From Cyanobacteria bacterium P01_D01_bin.156 (lineage in GTDB: Bacteria; Cyanobacteriota; Cyanobacteriia; Phormidesmidales; Phormidesmidaceae): DNA of 64,000 bases. The stretch lies in the NCBI GenBank assembly GCA_039024555.1, contig JBCCQQ010000008.1, positions 72,736-136,735 of the forward strand, written 5' to 3'. The notes beneath the pieces were generated by a model. That model saw only the letters and a list, made by a program, of their open reading frames with translations, did not search any database and had not been told where the DNA came from. The position numbers and the translations under genes are program-made. Of this stretch, positions 1 to 8,901 are shown piece after piece (position 1 is the stretch's first letter; each line of letters begins with the position of its first letter).

Positions 1-1
1 C

Positions 2-1537
2 CTACAGCTGCGGGAAATGGAGCCAACCAATATTGTCTACCTGTGGCCCTTGGATCAGGGTAACAAAGACTTTATAACATTGTTGAATCTGGTAAAGACC
101 TGGGCGGTACAGACCAATCTGGTACAACTAACGGTGGTGACAGATTCTGCCTATGAGGTGGTTGGCCATGAGATCATCAATTCTCACCAGTCGTTACTAC
201 AGGGGTTGTGTCAGGTAACCAGCCAAGAATACCCTGCCATCGGCTGTCACCAGGTGGATATTTTGACCACCGACGGCACCCCCATGCAGCAGGCAAACGC
301 CCTATGGTCTACTCTACAGGCAGAACCGGCAGCGGTGGTGGCTCAGCGGGGACGACATCAGTGGCAACAAACTTACCAGTCTGTATCTCTGCAAACCGGT
401 TCTCCTTTACGCAAGGGCGGGGTTTATATAGTTGTTGGTGATGTGGAGCAGGGCCTAGGACAGGTATGGGCCAAAGCCCTAGCCAAGCAATATCGAGCAA
501 AAATCGCTCTGATCTGCAAAGACGGTTCCAATAGTGGTGCTCTACAGGCACAGCTGTTGGAACAAGGTGCAATCGAGGTCTTGCTACTAACCGCAGAGTT
601 AACTCAGTCTGAAAGCTTATGCAATAGTCTGGACCAGGTAGTGCAAAAACTGGGCAACATTAACGGTGTTTTCTTTAGCACTCCCACCACAAATGAAAAG
701 TCTGCCGCCCCCATTGCCTTACTACAGTCTGAGCAGCTTGCCTATAACAATCATACAAAACAGCAGATACTGAAAGGTTTAGCGATAGCTCTCGAAAACT
801 ATCAATCTGATTTTTGCTGTGTCCAGTCTTCTCTATCTTCTGTAATTGGCGGTGTGGGTCTCGCTGCCTACTCAGGCGCTAGCCATAGCTTAGATGCCCT
901 AGTGACCCAACAAAATCAGACTTCCCCATTCCCCTGGTTTAGCGTTAACTGGGATGCTTGGTCAGATGAAGTATCCAAGAACGAGACCGGCTGGGGAACC
1001 AGCCTAAAGGACTTTACCCTTACATCTGAAGAAGTTTGGACGGCTACCGAACGGGTGCTTGCTCAGGCACCAGGCCAGATTGTGGTGTCCAAGGGCAATC
1101 TCCCAGCCCGCATCGCCCAATGGATTCATCCACAACCAAGATTGGCAGCCCAGGAACAGTCGGACGGCAACCACAGTCGGCCTCAGCTATCTACGGTTTA
1201 TGTGGCTCCCAGCAACGATGTTGAAAAGACCATTTCAAGTATTTGGCAGGACCTGCTGGGTCTAGAACAGGTGGGTATCCACGACAGCTTCTTTGATCTG
1301 GGGGGCCATTCTCTGCTGGCAATTCAGGTAATTTCACGGCTTCGAGAAGCGTTTCCGGTGGAAGTGGAAATGCGTAATCTTCTGTTTGAAGCTCCCACTG
1401 TGGCAGGCATCGCCGCTGTGATTACCGAACAGCTACCCCAAACAGAAGAGTTGGATACCATGGCAGCCCTATTGGCAGAAGTGCAAAGCCTATCCAGCGA
1501 TGAGGTCCAGGCCCAGCTGGCGGGAGGTGACACATGA
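2..1537 (+). CDS. C-terminal part of type I PKS module: KR-like domain (degenerate) plus carrier protein; 5'-truncated by window edge
   Basis: Frame is open upstream of the ATG at 17 (LQLREM). KR-fold motifs GVYIVVG, SSLSS..G..G..AY and SVNWDAW; Ppant motif FFDLGGHSL; C-terminal docking helix; ATGA overlap with next gene. Confidence 0.85.
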   Translation, partial: LQLREMEPTNIVYLWPLDQGNKDFITLLNLVKTWAVQTNLVQLTVVTDSAYEVVGHEIINSHQSLLQGLCQVTSQEYPAIGCHQVDILTTDGTPMQQANALWSTLQAEPAAVVAQRGRHQWQQTYQSVSLQTGSPLRKGGVYIVVGDVEQGLGQVWAKALAKQYRAKIALICKDGSNSGALQAQLLEQGAIEVLLLTAELTQSESLCNSLDQVVQKLGNINGVFFSTPTTNEKSAAPIALLQSEQLAYNNHTKQQILKGLAIALENYQSDFCCVQSSLSSVIGGVGLAAYSGASHSLDALVTQQNQTSPFPWFSVNWDAWSDEVSKNETGWGTSLKDFTLTSEEVWTATERVLAQAPGQIVVSKGNLPARIAQWIHPQPRLAAQEQSDGNHSRPQLSTVYVAPSNDVEKTISSIWQDLLGLEQVGIHDSFFDLGGHSLLAIQVISRLREAFPVEVEMRNLLFEAPTVAGIAAVITEQLPQTEELDTMAALLAEVQSLSSDEVQAQLAGGDT

Positions 1538-4500
1538 GTCAGTTTTATCAACAGCTTTCTAAACTTACGCCGGAACAGCGCGCCCTATTTGAGAAAAAAC
1601 TAGCCGAAAAAGGTCTGCAGGCTCCCAAAGTAGGCACAATCCCCCAGCGTTCTCCTGGACAGCCCATACCGCTGTCCTTTGCCCAGCAACGCCTATGGTT
1701 TGTACAACAACTTGATCCAGAAAACACGGCTTACAATGTAGCAAGTGTATTTAAGCTACAGGGATCATTAGATTTCCTTGCTTTAGAAAAGAGTTTGAAT
1801 ACCCTGGTAGAGCGCCATGAAACCCTGCGTACTCGCTTTGTTAGCAATCGTGAAAATCAGCCAAAGCAGGTCATTGATTCACCCAGTTTTCGACCTCTTG
1901 AGAGAGTAGACCTAACGGCCTCTGAGTATCCTAAAGATTCAGCCCATAGGAAGATTCAGGAGATTACTCAAACACCCTTTGACCTGACTCAATCTATTTT
2001 GCGAACAGCACTGCTGAAGCTAGAAGAAGAGATTCATCTGCTGGTACTGACTACCCACCACATTGTTAGCGACCGCTGGTCGGTGATGGTATTCCTGAGG
2101 GAAATGACCATTCTTTATCGGGCATTTTCCCAAGGGATGGGGTCTCCCCTGCCCCCTTTGCTCGTGCAGTATGCAGACTGGGCCATCTGGCAGCGGCAGC
2201 AGCTCCAGGGTGACAAACTACAGCAGCAGCTCCACTACTGGACCACACAGCTAGACGGAGAGCTGCCGGTGCTGGACCTGCCCAGGGATAGGGGCTATGG
2301 CGCTGTTGCCACATACCGGGGAGCTCAGGTGCCGATTCAGATTACTCCTGATTGTTCTGAACAGCTAAAATCCTTAGCCAGCAGGCATCAGGTTACTCTG
2401 TTTACGCTGTTGCTAACCACCTTTAAGGTGCTGCTCCATCGTTACACTAACAGCGATGATATTGTGGTAGGCAGCGATATTGCCAATCGAGATCGCACCG
2501 AAACTGAAGGGTTGATCGGTCTACTGGTCAATACCCTAGTATTTCGCAGTGATTTATCCAACAATCCCAGATTTAGCGATCTGCTCAACCAAGTGCGTGA
2601 GACTGTTGTAAATGGTCTCGCACACCAGGATTTACCCTTTGAGAAACTGGTAGAAGCCATCAACCCCGAGCGTCATCTAAGCCAGATGATGCCCCTGTTC
2701 CAGGTAAAACTGGACCTGCAACAGGTGAATGTCAAACCCATGGAGTTGGATGGCCTCACTCTTGAGCGTTATCCTCTACAAGATAATCAGGCCAAATACG
2801 AACTTCGGTTTAACCTCCAAGATACGGAACAGGGAATTAGCGGACAGGTGGAGTATAACTGCGACTTATTTGATGCAGACACCATTGTTCGAATGGTAGG
2901 GCACTGGCAAATATTGTTGGAAGGAATTGTTGCAGATGTCCATCAACGACTCTCACAGCTGCCATTACTGAAAGAACAAGAAAAGAATACTCTCCTAATC
3001 AACTGGAACCAAACCCAGCAGGACTATCCCACCGATAGCTGCATTCATGAGCTGTTTGAAAAGCAGGTAGAGAAAAGCCCCGACGCCGTTGCAGTGGATG
3101 ATGGGGATATTTCCCTCACCTATGCAGAGCTAAATGTAGAGGCGAATCGGTTGGCTTGGCATTTGCGATCGCAGCAGGTCGCCCCAGAAACTCGAATCGG
3201 CATCTGCATGGATCGCTCCTGGCATATGGTGGTGGGCCTGTTGGCGATTTTGAAAGCGGGGGGAACGTATGTTCCATTGGATCCAGCTTATCCGAAAGAG
3301 CGGCTAGAATTGATTGTCCAAGACGCTGAGATTCCCTTACTGCTTACCCAGAAAGGAACGTTTGAAACCGATCAGGCTGTTCAAGTAATTGATCTTGAAA
3401 AACTGTCCGAGAACGAAGAGATTTCCAGGGAAGATGCTATCGGTGCTCCAGGCCCCCAAACCCCCAATGCTGGGGGCTTTGAATCTTATCCCAAAGAAAA
3501 TTTAGATATCAACGTTACTTCGAATCATCTTGCCTACGTTATTTACACCTCCGGGTCCACCGGTCGCCCCAAAGGCGTAGCTATCGAGCACCGTAGCACC
3601 GTAGCTATGCTTCACTGGGCTCAGGAACAATTTACCACCGAAGAGATTTCAGGAGTGCTAGCCGCAACATCTGTTTGTTTTGATCTCTCAGTCTTTGAAC
3701 TCTTTGTGCCCCTAAGCTGGGGTGGTCGAGTTGTTCTGGTGGAGAATGCCCTGACTTTGCCGAAGCTACCCGACAAGGCAAATGTTAGCCTAATCAACAC
3801 AGTTCCCAGCGTTCTCAATCAGCTACTAAAGCTCAGCCCGCTGCCCAATTCTATTCGAGTTGTCAACCTTGCAGGCGAAGCACTACCCGTCACTCTGGTA
3901 CAGCAGCTACAGACAATTTCTCATGTTCAAAAAATCTACAATCTCTACGGTCCCTCGGAAGACACCACCTACTCCACATGTGCTCCGCTGCATACTGGAA
4001 CAGTTGAGCGCGTCCCCATAGGCAAACCCATCACCAACACCCAAGCTTACGTGCTGGACCGCTATCAACAGCCAGTACCAGTGGGCGTTGTGGGAGAACT
4101 CTATTTGGGCGGTGCTGGACTAGCACGGGGCTATTTGAACCGACCAGAACTAACAACAGAGAAGTTTGTTGAGAATCCGTTGGCGGACTTTCCCTTCCGA
4201 CTTCCGACTTCCGACTTCCGACTTTATAGAACTGGAGACCGCGTCCGCTACCTCCCTGACGGTTCTCTCGAATTTCTGGGTCGCTTCGATCACCAGGTGA
4301 AGATTCGCGGCTTTCGGATTGAAATTGGGGAAGTGGAAACAGCATTGCGAAAGCATCCAGCGGTTCAGGATGTAGTGGTCACCGTTTATGGGGAACAGGA
4401 AAAGACGCTAGTAGCCTATGTGGTACCGAAGGAAGCTGCAGAGGATAGTGATTCTCTTACTAAGAAACTGCGCAGTGACTTGCTAGCAACGCTGCCCGAC

Positions 4501-7500
4501 TATTTGGTGCCAACGCTATGGGTACAGATGGAAGCTCTGCCCCAGTTACCCAATGGCAAGGTTAATCGTCGAGCATTACCCCGGCCAGAAGTCCAATCCC
4601 GTGGCATCTATGTTGCTCCTAGATCCTCCCTTGAGAAAACGCTGGCCACAATCTGGGGTGATGTGCTTCAGCAAGCAACCGTTGGCATCCACGACAACTT
4701 CTTTGAGCTGGGCGGCCATTCCCTATTAGGTATTCAGATTGTTGCCCAGGCAGAAGCCGCCCTTGGGTACAGTATTCCTCTGCGCACCCTGTTTCAGGCA
4801 CCGACCATTGCTGGCTTTGCCGCTCTGCTTGAAACGGATAATACCTCCACAGAAGCAGTAGAACAGTTTCCTAACATTAACGCCGACTTACCCCAGCGCC
4901 ATCAGCCATTTCCTCTCACTGATATTCAACAGGCCTACTGGCTGGGCCGGGTACAGGCATTTGAACTCGGCAATATTGGCACCCACGGCTACCGAGAATT
5001 TGATATATCAGGGCTGTCTATGGTCCAGGTAGAACAGGCACTTAACAGACTAATTGAGCGCCACGATATGTTGAGGGCGGTGGTGAATTCCGAAGGGCAG
5101 CAACAGATTTTAGCAGAGGTGCCCCATTACAGCATCGCAGTCACCGATTTGCGAGCAAATACCGCCGTACATAAGGATGCCCGGTTGACTGAGCTACGCG
5201 ATCGCATGTCCCACCAGGTCTTCACCCCAGACCAGTGGCCCCTATTTCAAATAGAAGCTGCCCAGCTAGAGGATAATAAAGTTAGATTTTACGTCAGTTT
5301 TGACGTGCTAATCGGCGATGCCTGGAGCTTTCAACTGTTGGGTAGAGAAATGGCCCAGCTAATCCGTGGCGAAAGTCTTACCCCGCTCTCCATCAGCTTC
5401 CGCGACTATGTCCTTGCGGAACAAGCCTTTCGTCAGACTAGTGCTTACGAAAAGGCCATGGACTATTGGCAACAAAAACTGCCAAAGATTCCCCCTGCGC
5501 CTGATTTGCCTTTGACCATGGCTCCTAGTCAGGTGGATTCCCCCAAATTTGAGCGACGAAGCGGTCGTCTGGAACCAGAACTATGGCAACGGCTTAAGCA
5601 AAAGGCCCACGCAGCTAACTTGACACCGTCGGGGTTGGTACTAGCCGCCTTTGCCGAGATTCTTACCATTTGGAGCCGTCAGCCTCAGTTCACCCTAAAT
5701 CTGACTCTGTTTAATCGACAGCCGGTGCATCCAGACGTGAATTATCTAGTGGGAGACTTTACGGCTTCTCTACTATTGGCCGTTGATAATGGCGGCAGCG
5801 ACACCTTTACTACCCGCGCCCAGCGATTACAGACTCAGCTATGGAACGACCTAGATAATCGCGCTGTCAGCGGTGTGCAGGTGCTACGGGAATTAGCACG
5901 ACAGCAAAACCGTAGCCCCGGTGCATTAATGCCAGTAGTCTTCACCAGCACCCTAAGTCAGGCGATTCCAGCTACAGCATCTAGGGACTGGCAAACCGAA
6001 ACAGTCTACAGCGTTAGTCAAACCTCCCAGGTATATCTGGACCATCAGGTTTCCGAAATAGCAGGTGCACTGGTCTTTAACTGGGATGCGATCTCATCCT
6101 TGTTCCCTGCAGGGATGCTGGACCAAATGTTTGCGGCCTATGACCAGTTGTTAAATCAACTAGCTACAGACAACTGGCAGACTTTACCTCGTCTGGCTCC
6201 CGCCGATTATCTTTTAGAGATTAATCAGACTAGCAAAGTACTCACCAAAGAACAGCATCTGCTACACACCCTGTTCTTTGAGCGGGTACAACAGCAGCCT
6301 GATCATCCGGCGGTCATTACCCCCGAGCGAACGCTCACATACAAGGAGCTGGCCCAGCAGGTACATGCCCTATCCCATCGGCTAGAGACCAGCCCCAATC
6401 AGCTGGTGGCCGTTTCTATGGCAAAAGGCTGGCAGCAGGTGGTAGCGGTGCTGGCTATTCTCACAGCAGGCGCAGCCTATGTCCCTATTGATCCCACACT
6501 TCCTCAGGAACGCCGCTGGCAGCTACTCGGGGATACTGCCGCCGAGATTGTTCTAACGGTTGAACCTGGCGGCTGGCCCGAACACGTTCAGCAGTTAACC
6601 GTTAACTTTGTCGATCTTGTTTTTGACAACATCGCCTGGGAACCACTTCAGAGAGAAACCGATCTGGCCTACGTTATCTACACCTCTGGCTCTACAGGCA
6701 CTCCAAAGGGAGTGATGATAGACCATCGGGGCGCAGTCAATACTATTTTGGATATTAATCAGCGGTTTGAAGTAGGAGAAGACGACCGTATCTTCGCCCT
6801 CTCTTCCCTGAGCTTTGACCTATCGGTATATGACATCTTTGGCACCTTAGCAGCTGGGGCAACAATGGTCATCCCCGACGCTGATCAAGTAAAAAACACA
6901 GTCCACTGGCGACAGCTATTAATCGAGCATCAGGTCACCATTTGGAACTCAGTCCCAGCACTGATGCAACTGCTGTTATCCGAATTGAATAACGGAGAGA
7001 ATACCGCTACACATATACGGTTAGCACTCCTCAGCGGCGACTGGATTCCCCTCACCTTGCCAGACCAGTTCAAGCAGCGGTGCCCCAAAGCAGATCTAAT
7101 CAGCCTGGGGGGCGCCACCGAAGCCTCCATCTGGTCAATATTCTACCCAATTGATACGGTAGACCCTAGCTGGTCCAGCATTCCCTATGGTCGCCCCCTA
7201 GCCAACCAGCAGTGGTATGTGCTGGATGAGAACTTACAGCCCTGCCCCCCTTGGGTTCCCGGCCATTTATATATCAGCGGCATTGGTCTTGCAAAAGGCT
7301 ACTGGAATCAACCTGAATTGACTGCAGAAAGATTTATTGAAAGTCCCTTCGAGAAAGCAGGTGAGCAGTCTTCATCCCTTCCCACCCTCACTCCTTCACT
7401 CCATCTACCTTCCGAATTTCGAATTCCAAATTCCGAATTCCGCCTTTATAAAACCGGCGACCTCGGCCGCTACCTTTCCGATGGTAATCTCGAATTTCTC

Positions 7501-8901
7501 GGTCGCGAAGACTTCCAGGTAAAGAGCAACGGCTATCGCATCGAGCTGGGAGAGATTGAAACGGCGCTGCAGCAGTATACAGCCATCGAATCAGCGGTGG
7601 TGAATGCAGTAGGGACACCGCCGGAGCTGGTGGCCTATGTGGTGCCTAAGGTGGGTAATGCGCTCAACCAGCCCCTGGCTAAGCTGGAGTTTAAACAACA
7701 GCAGTTGGGGATTCGTGCGATCGCACACTCCGAAGAAACTGTCGAACTGCCCCTACCCGAAAGCCACACATCAGAGGACCTTCTCCGCCGCCAAAGCCAT
7801 CGGCAGTTTCTAGAACAGCCTGTCACCCTAGCCAGATTTAGTCAGTTTTTATCGGCCCTCAAATCCCAATCCTTCCCAACAGCGCCGTTACCAAAATATC
7901 GCTATGCGTCCGCCGGGAGTCTCTACCCAATTCAAACCTATGTGCATGTTAAAGAAAATCGTATCGCTGGTCTGGTAGCTGGTTGGTATTACTATCATCC
8001 AGCAGAGCATCATTTGGTAAGACTGGCGGAATCGCCCAGTTCATCAAATCTATACGGTCCTCACCAACAGCTCCATGACGACAGTGCCTTTAGCCTATTT
8101 CTGGTGGCTCAGATGGAAGCTATTGAACCTGTTTACGGCGATAAAGCTCGAGATTTTTGTCTAATTGAAACGGGCTATATGGGTCAGCTGTTAATGGAAA
8201 AAGCCCCTGATTTTGACCTGGGGTTATGTCCCATCGGTGGCTTTAATAGTGATGCATTGCGAGAGATTTTAGACCTTAGCGAGCACTACCAGCCCCTCCA
8301 TGCCCTGGTAGGCGGAGCCATTGATACTCAGTGGTCTCAGCAGTGGATGGTCAACGCTCCCCGCAGCGTATCCATTACAGATACCTTACGTAAGCACCTT
8401 AGCAATACGCTACCTAGCTATATGGTGCCTACCCGCTATCAAATTTTAGAGAAAATCCCACTGACCCCCAATGGCAAAGTGGACAGACGGGCACTGCCAG
8501 TTCCTGCGTTGGGAGCCACCACTGAATATATCGCCCCGAACACTCCAACAGAGATCAAGATTGTCCAGCTGTGGCAAACGCTTTTAGAAGTGGAACAAGT
8601 GGGCATTAACGACAACTTCTTTGAAGTGGGCGGTAACTCTCTAACGGCTATGCAGCTCCTATCCAAGCTGCAGCAAACATTCTCTACAGAATTAACCATT
8701 GCCCAGCTATTTGGGTCACTTACTCCAGCTCTCCAGGCCCAGCTGGTAGATTCATCGGTTGGGGCATCTCAACAAGAAGCGATTCAACCTGCGGCCAGGG
8801 AAACAGATTTACCCGATATCACTACCCTATCGGACATAGACGTGGACGACATGCTAGCCCAGCTGCTAGCGGAGAACGATCAGCAGGAGGTGACACCATG
8901 A
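1534..8901 (+). CDS. NRPS: C-A(Ala)-T-Cy-A(Cys, with embedded oxidase)-T; thiazole-forming
   Basis: C motif HHIVSDRWS; A1 code read as DLFNNALTYK (Ala-type); Cy motif DVLIGDAWS and PFPLTDIQQAYWLGR; A2 code DLYNLSLIWK (Cys); FMN-oxidase motifs RRQSHRQF and YASAGSLYP at about 7780-8320 inside the A subdomain; GGHSL and GGNSL carrier motifs. Confidence 0.93.
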   Translation: MSQFYQQLSKLTPEQRALFEKKLAEKGLQAPKVGTIPQRSPGQPIPLSFAQQRLWFVQQLDPENTAYNVASVFKLQGSLDFLALEKSLNTLVERHETLRTRFVSNRENQPKQVIDSPSFRPLERVDLTASEYPKDSAHRKIQEITQTPFDLTQSILRTALLKLEEEIHLLVLTTHHIVSDRWSVMVFLREMTILYRAFSQGMGSPLPPLLVQYADWAIWQRQQLQGDKLQQQLHYWTTQLDGELPVLDLPRDRGYGAVATYRGAQVPIQITPDCSEQLKSLASRHQVTLFTLLLTTFKVLLHRYTNSDDIVVGSDIANRDRTETEGLIGLLVNTLVFRSDLSNNPRFSDLLNQVRETVVNGLAHQDLPFEKLVEAINPERHLSQMMPLFQVKLDLQQVNVKPMELDGLTLERYPLQDNQAKYELRFNLQDTEQGISGQVEYNCDLFDADTIVRMVGHWQILLEGIVADVHQRLSQLPLLKEQEKNTLLINWNQTQQDYPTDSCIHELFEKQVEKSPDAVAVDDGDISLTYAELNVEANRLAWHLRSQQVAPETRIGICMDRSWHMVVGLLAILKAGGTYVPLDPAYPKERLELIVQDAEIPLLLTQKGTFETDQAVQVIDLEKLSENEEISREDAIGAPGPQTPNAGGFESYPKENLDINVTSNHLAYVIYTSGSTGRPKGVAIEHRSTVAMLHWAQEQFTTEEISGVLAATSVCFDLSVFELFVPLSWGGRVVLVENALTLPKLPDKANVSLINTVPSVLNQLLKLSPLPNSIRVVNLAGEALPVTLVQQLQTISHVQKIYNLYGPSEDTTYSTCAPLHTGTVERVPIGKPITNTQAYVLDRYQQPVPVGVVGELYLGGAGLARGYLNRPELTTEKFVENPLADFPFRLPTSDFRLYRTGDRVRYLPDGSLEFLGRFDHQVKIRGFRIEIGEVETALRKHPAVQDVVVTVYGEQEKTLVAYVVPKEAAEDSDSLTKKLRSDLLATLPDYLVPTLWVQMEALPQLPNGKVNRRALPRPEVQSRGIYVAPRSSLEKTLATIWGDVLQQATVGIHDNFFELGGHSLLGIQIVAQAEAALGYSIPLRTLFQAPTIAGFAALLETDNTSTEAVEQFPNINADLPQRHQPFPLTDIQQAYWLGRVQAFELGNIGTHGYREFDISGLSMVQVEQALNRLIERHDMLRAVVNSEGQQQILAEVPHYSIAVTDLRANTAVHKDARLTELRDRMSHQVFTPDQWPLFQIEAAQLEDNKVRFYVSFDVLIGDAWSFQLLGREMAQLIRGESLTPLSISFRDYVLAEQAFRQTSAYEKAMDYWQQKLPKIPPAPDLPLTMAPSQVDSPKFERRSGRLEPELWQRLKQKAHAANLTPSGLVLAAFAEILTIWSRQPQFTLNLTLFNRQPVHPDVNYLVGDFTASLLLAVDNGGSDTFTTRAQRLQTQLWNDLDNRAVSGVQVLRELARQQNRSPGALMPVVFTSTLSQAIPATASRDWQTETVYSVSQTSQVYLDHQVSEIAGALVFNWDAISSLFPAGMLDQMFAAYDQLLNQLATDNWQTLPRLAPADYLLEINQTSKVLTKEQHLLHTLFFERVQQQPDHPAVITPERTLTYKELAQQVHALSHRLETSPNQLVAVSMAKGWQQVVAVLAILTAGAAYVPIDPTLPQERRWQLLGDTAAEIVLTVEPGGWPEHVQQLTVNFVDLVFDNIAWEPLQRETDLAYVIYTSGSTGTPKGVMIDHRGAVNTILDINQRFEVGEDDRIFALSSLSFDLSVYDIFGTLAAGATMVIPDADQVKNTVHWRQLLIEHQVTIWNSVPALMQLLLSELNNGENTATHIRLALLSGDWIPLTLPDQFKQRCPKADLISLGGATEASIWSIFYPIDTVDPSWSSIPYGRPLANQQWYVLDENLQPCPPWVPGHLYISGIGLAKGYWNQPELTAERFIESPFEKAGEQSSSLPTLTPSLHLPSEFRIPNSEFRLYKTGDLGRYLSDGNLEFLGREDFQVKSNGYRIELGEIETALQQYTAIESAVVNAVGTPPELVAYVVPKVGNALNQPLAKLEFKQQQLGIRAIAHSEETVELPLPESHTSEDLLRRQSHRQFLEQPVTLARFSQFLSALKSQSFPTAPLPKYRYASAGSLYPIQTYVHVKENRIAGLVAGWYYYHPAEHHLVRLAESPSSSNLYGPHQQLHDDSAFSLFLVAQMEAIEPVYGDKARDFCLIETGYMGQLLMEKAPDFDLGLCPIGGFNSDALREILDLSEHYQPLHALVGGAIDTQWSQQWMVNAPRSVSITDTLRKHLSNTLPSYMVPTRYQILEKIPLTPNGKVDRRALPVPALGATTEYIAPNTPTEIKIVQLWQTLLEVEQVGINDNFFEVGGNSLTAMQLLSKLQQTFSTELTIAQLFGSLTPALQAQLVDSSVGASQQEAIQPAARETDLPDITTLSDIDVDDMLAQLLAENDQQEVTP
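3165..3172. repeat. HIP1 octamer GCGATCGC (representative of many copies)
   Basis: Other copies include 20051, 38871, 52444 and 59544; a cyanobacterial hallmark. Confidence 0.9.
4194..4224 (+). repeat. Intragenic heptamer tandem repeat (CTTCCGA)x4
   Basis: Seen directly; encodes FRLPTSDFRL just before YRTGD. Confidence 0.95.
7410..7444 (+). repeat. Intragenic degenerate heptamer repeat (TTCCGAA)x5
   Basis: TTCCGAA TTTCGAA TTCCAAA TTCCGAA TTCCGCC before YKTGD. Confidence 0.85.

Noticed and set aside
7780..8320. Oxidase embedded in the A domain as a novel architecture
   Set aside because: Known arrangement in thiazole-forming modules such as EpoB.
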